Source: a virus
Length of the DNA stretch: 64,000 bases
Strand: one strand, 5' to 3'
IMG/VR virus record: IMGVR_UViG_3300045988_111426
Position numbers and translations under genes: made by a program. Below, one piece after another: positions 63,338 through 64,000 of the stretch. How positions within the stretch are numbered: position 1 is the stretch's first letter; each line of letters opens with the position of its first letter. The notes below the pieces were generated by a model. That model did not search any database. It had not been told where the DNA came from and was given only the letters and a program-made list of their open reading frames with translations.

Positions 63338-64000
63338 TTAGCGACGAATTCTTGAAAGACGCTTTTCGTAGACTGCACGATTAGCTTTTCTCGAGAGCGA
63401 TTCTCTAATTGCTCTACGAAGTCGACGAGCCTGTGATTCGTTGACCTGTGTATCCTTGACAGAAACCTTGACAGCTTCTTCAGTTGCAATTTCAATGACA
63501 TCATCGATAACTTCCTTTTCAACGCTCTGTTCGGTGAGTTCAGTTACAACTTCTTCAAGTGAAACTTCCTTCTTCTCTGGGAGAGCGTCGATGACTGCGT
63601 CGATCTGCTTCGTAGAGAGTTCTGCCTGCTTCAGTACGTTTTCTACATCTTCTGCGTTGAGGATATCCTGCTGTACGAGTTCATCAGCACTCTTGAGAGA
63701 AGCCGTTGCCTGCTTGGTAGAAAGACGAGAAGCTTCTCTCTGTGACTGACGAGTTGCCTGCTTTGCAGATGCTTCCTTATAAGACAGACGAGTCTTACGG
63801 CTTGTAGAAGTTGCCTGCTTGGCAGATGCCATACTTGCGATAGCTTCACGAATAGATGATGACTGCTTGGCAGAAGCTTCCTTCTTCATTGAGCGTGCAA
63901 CAGCTTCACGGAGAGAAGCCTGCTTGGCAAGTGACTTCTGACGTGCAGATGCTTCCTTCGAAATCGTACGAGCAATAGCTTCACGGAAAGAAGCCTGCTT
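63338..64000 (-). CDS. repeat-rich Ala/Lys/Gln/Ser protein, N-terminus beyond right window edge
   Basis: My codon-by-codon check shows the frame of track ORF 63338..63889 stays open from 63890 to 64000 (KQASFREAIARTISKEASARQKSLAKQASLREAVARSM...). The KEASAKQ / REAIA units are degenerate repeats. Confidence 0.6.
   Translation of the reverse strand, partial: KQASFREAIARTISKEASARQKSLAKQASLREAVARSMKKEASAKQSSSIREAIASMASAKQATSTSRKTRLSYKEASAKQATRQSQREASRLSTKQATASLKSADELVQQDILNAEDVENVLKQAELSTKQIDAVIDALPEKKEVSLEEVVTELTEQSVEKEVIDDVIEIATEEAVKVSVKDTQVNESQARRLRRAIRESLSRKANRAVYEKRLSRIRR

Overview
This 64-kb window looks like part of a large, tightly packed tailed-phage genome with a T4-superfamily core. 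Virion genes: gp23-like capsid, gp21-like prohead protease fused to scaffold, gp19-like tail tube, gp25/gp5-like baseplate proteins, gp4-like head-completion nuclease, and a terminase large-subunit fragment. Replication and recombination genes: NAD-dependent ligase, SF2 helicase, Dda/Pif1-like helicase, DnaB-like helicase, RecA/UvsX-like recombinase, Rad50/Mre11-like nuclease, gp44-like clamp loader and a RuvC-like resolvase. The start codons I inspected sit in A-rich leaders with no Shine-Dalgarno sequence, and two ORFs carry lipobox signal peptides. That suggests a Bacteroidota host, but this is inference only. Most genes are on the minus strand, and long perfect hairpins separate the transcription units. 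The features not explained by ordinary gene content are: (1) a 2.4-kb gene-free region (31950-34380) built as an imperfect palindrome of about 100-bp hairpin modules plus 10-bp-phased degenerate repeats around a CpG-rich structured core; (2) the same hairpin element scattered at 10 or more module boundaries, with inverted copies bracketing a 7-kb accessory island; (3) that island carries 4 tRNAs, a NADAR hydrolase, a free-standing ribosomal bL12 C-terminal-domain-like ORF, an apparently intact TnpB with room for a guide RNA, an adenine methyltransferase, and about 0.85 kb of structured non-coding sequence around the tRNAs; (4) the terminase gene stops just after its Walker A lysine and ends in a short intein block-A-like tail, which suggests a split intein. 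A separate 226-aa ORF carries Hint/intein blocks B, F and G, then HN|C, then a second block-A-like tail that resembles the terminase tail; (5) a conserved TAAATAACGAAA motif upstream of virion genes together with a gp55-like candidate late sigma factor; (6) a duplicated 130-bp leader with palindromic operator-like sites and a phased TGTCAT array. All functional calls come from motifs read by eye. No database search or folding program was run.
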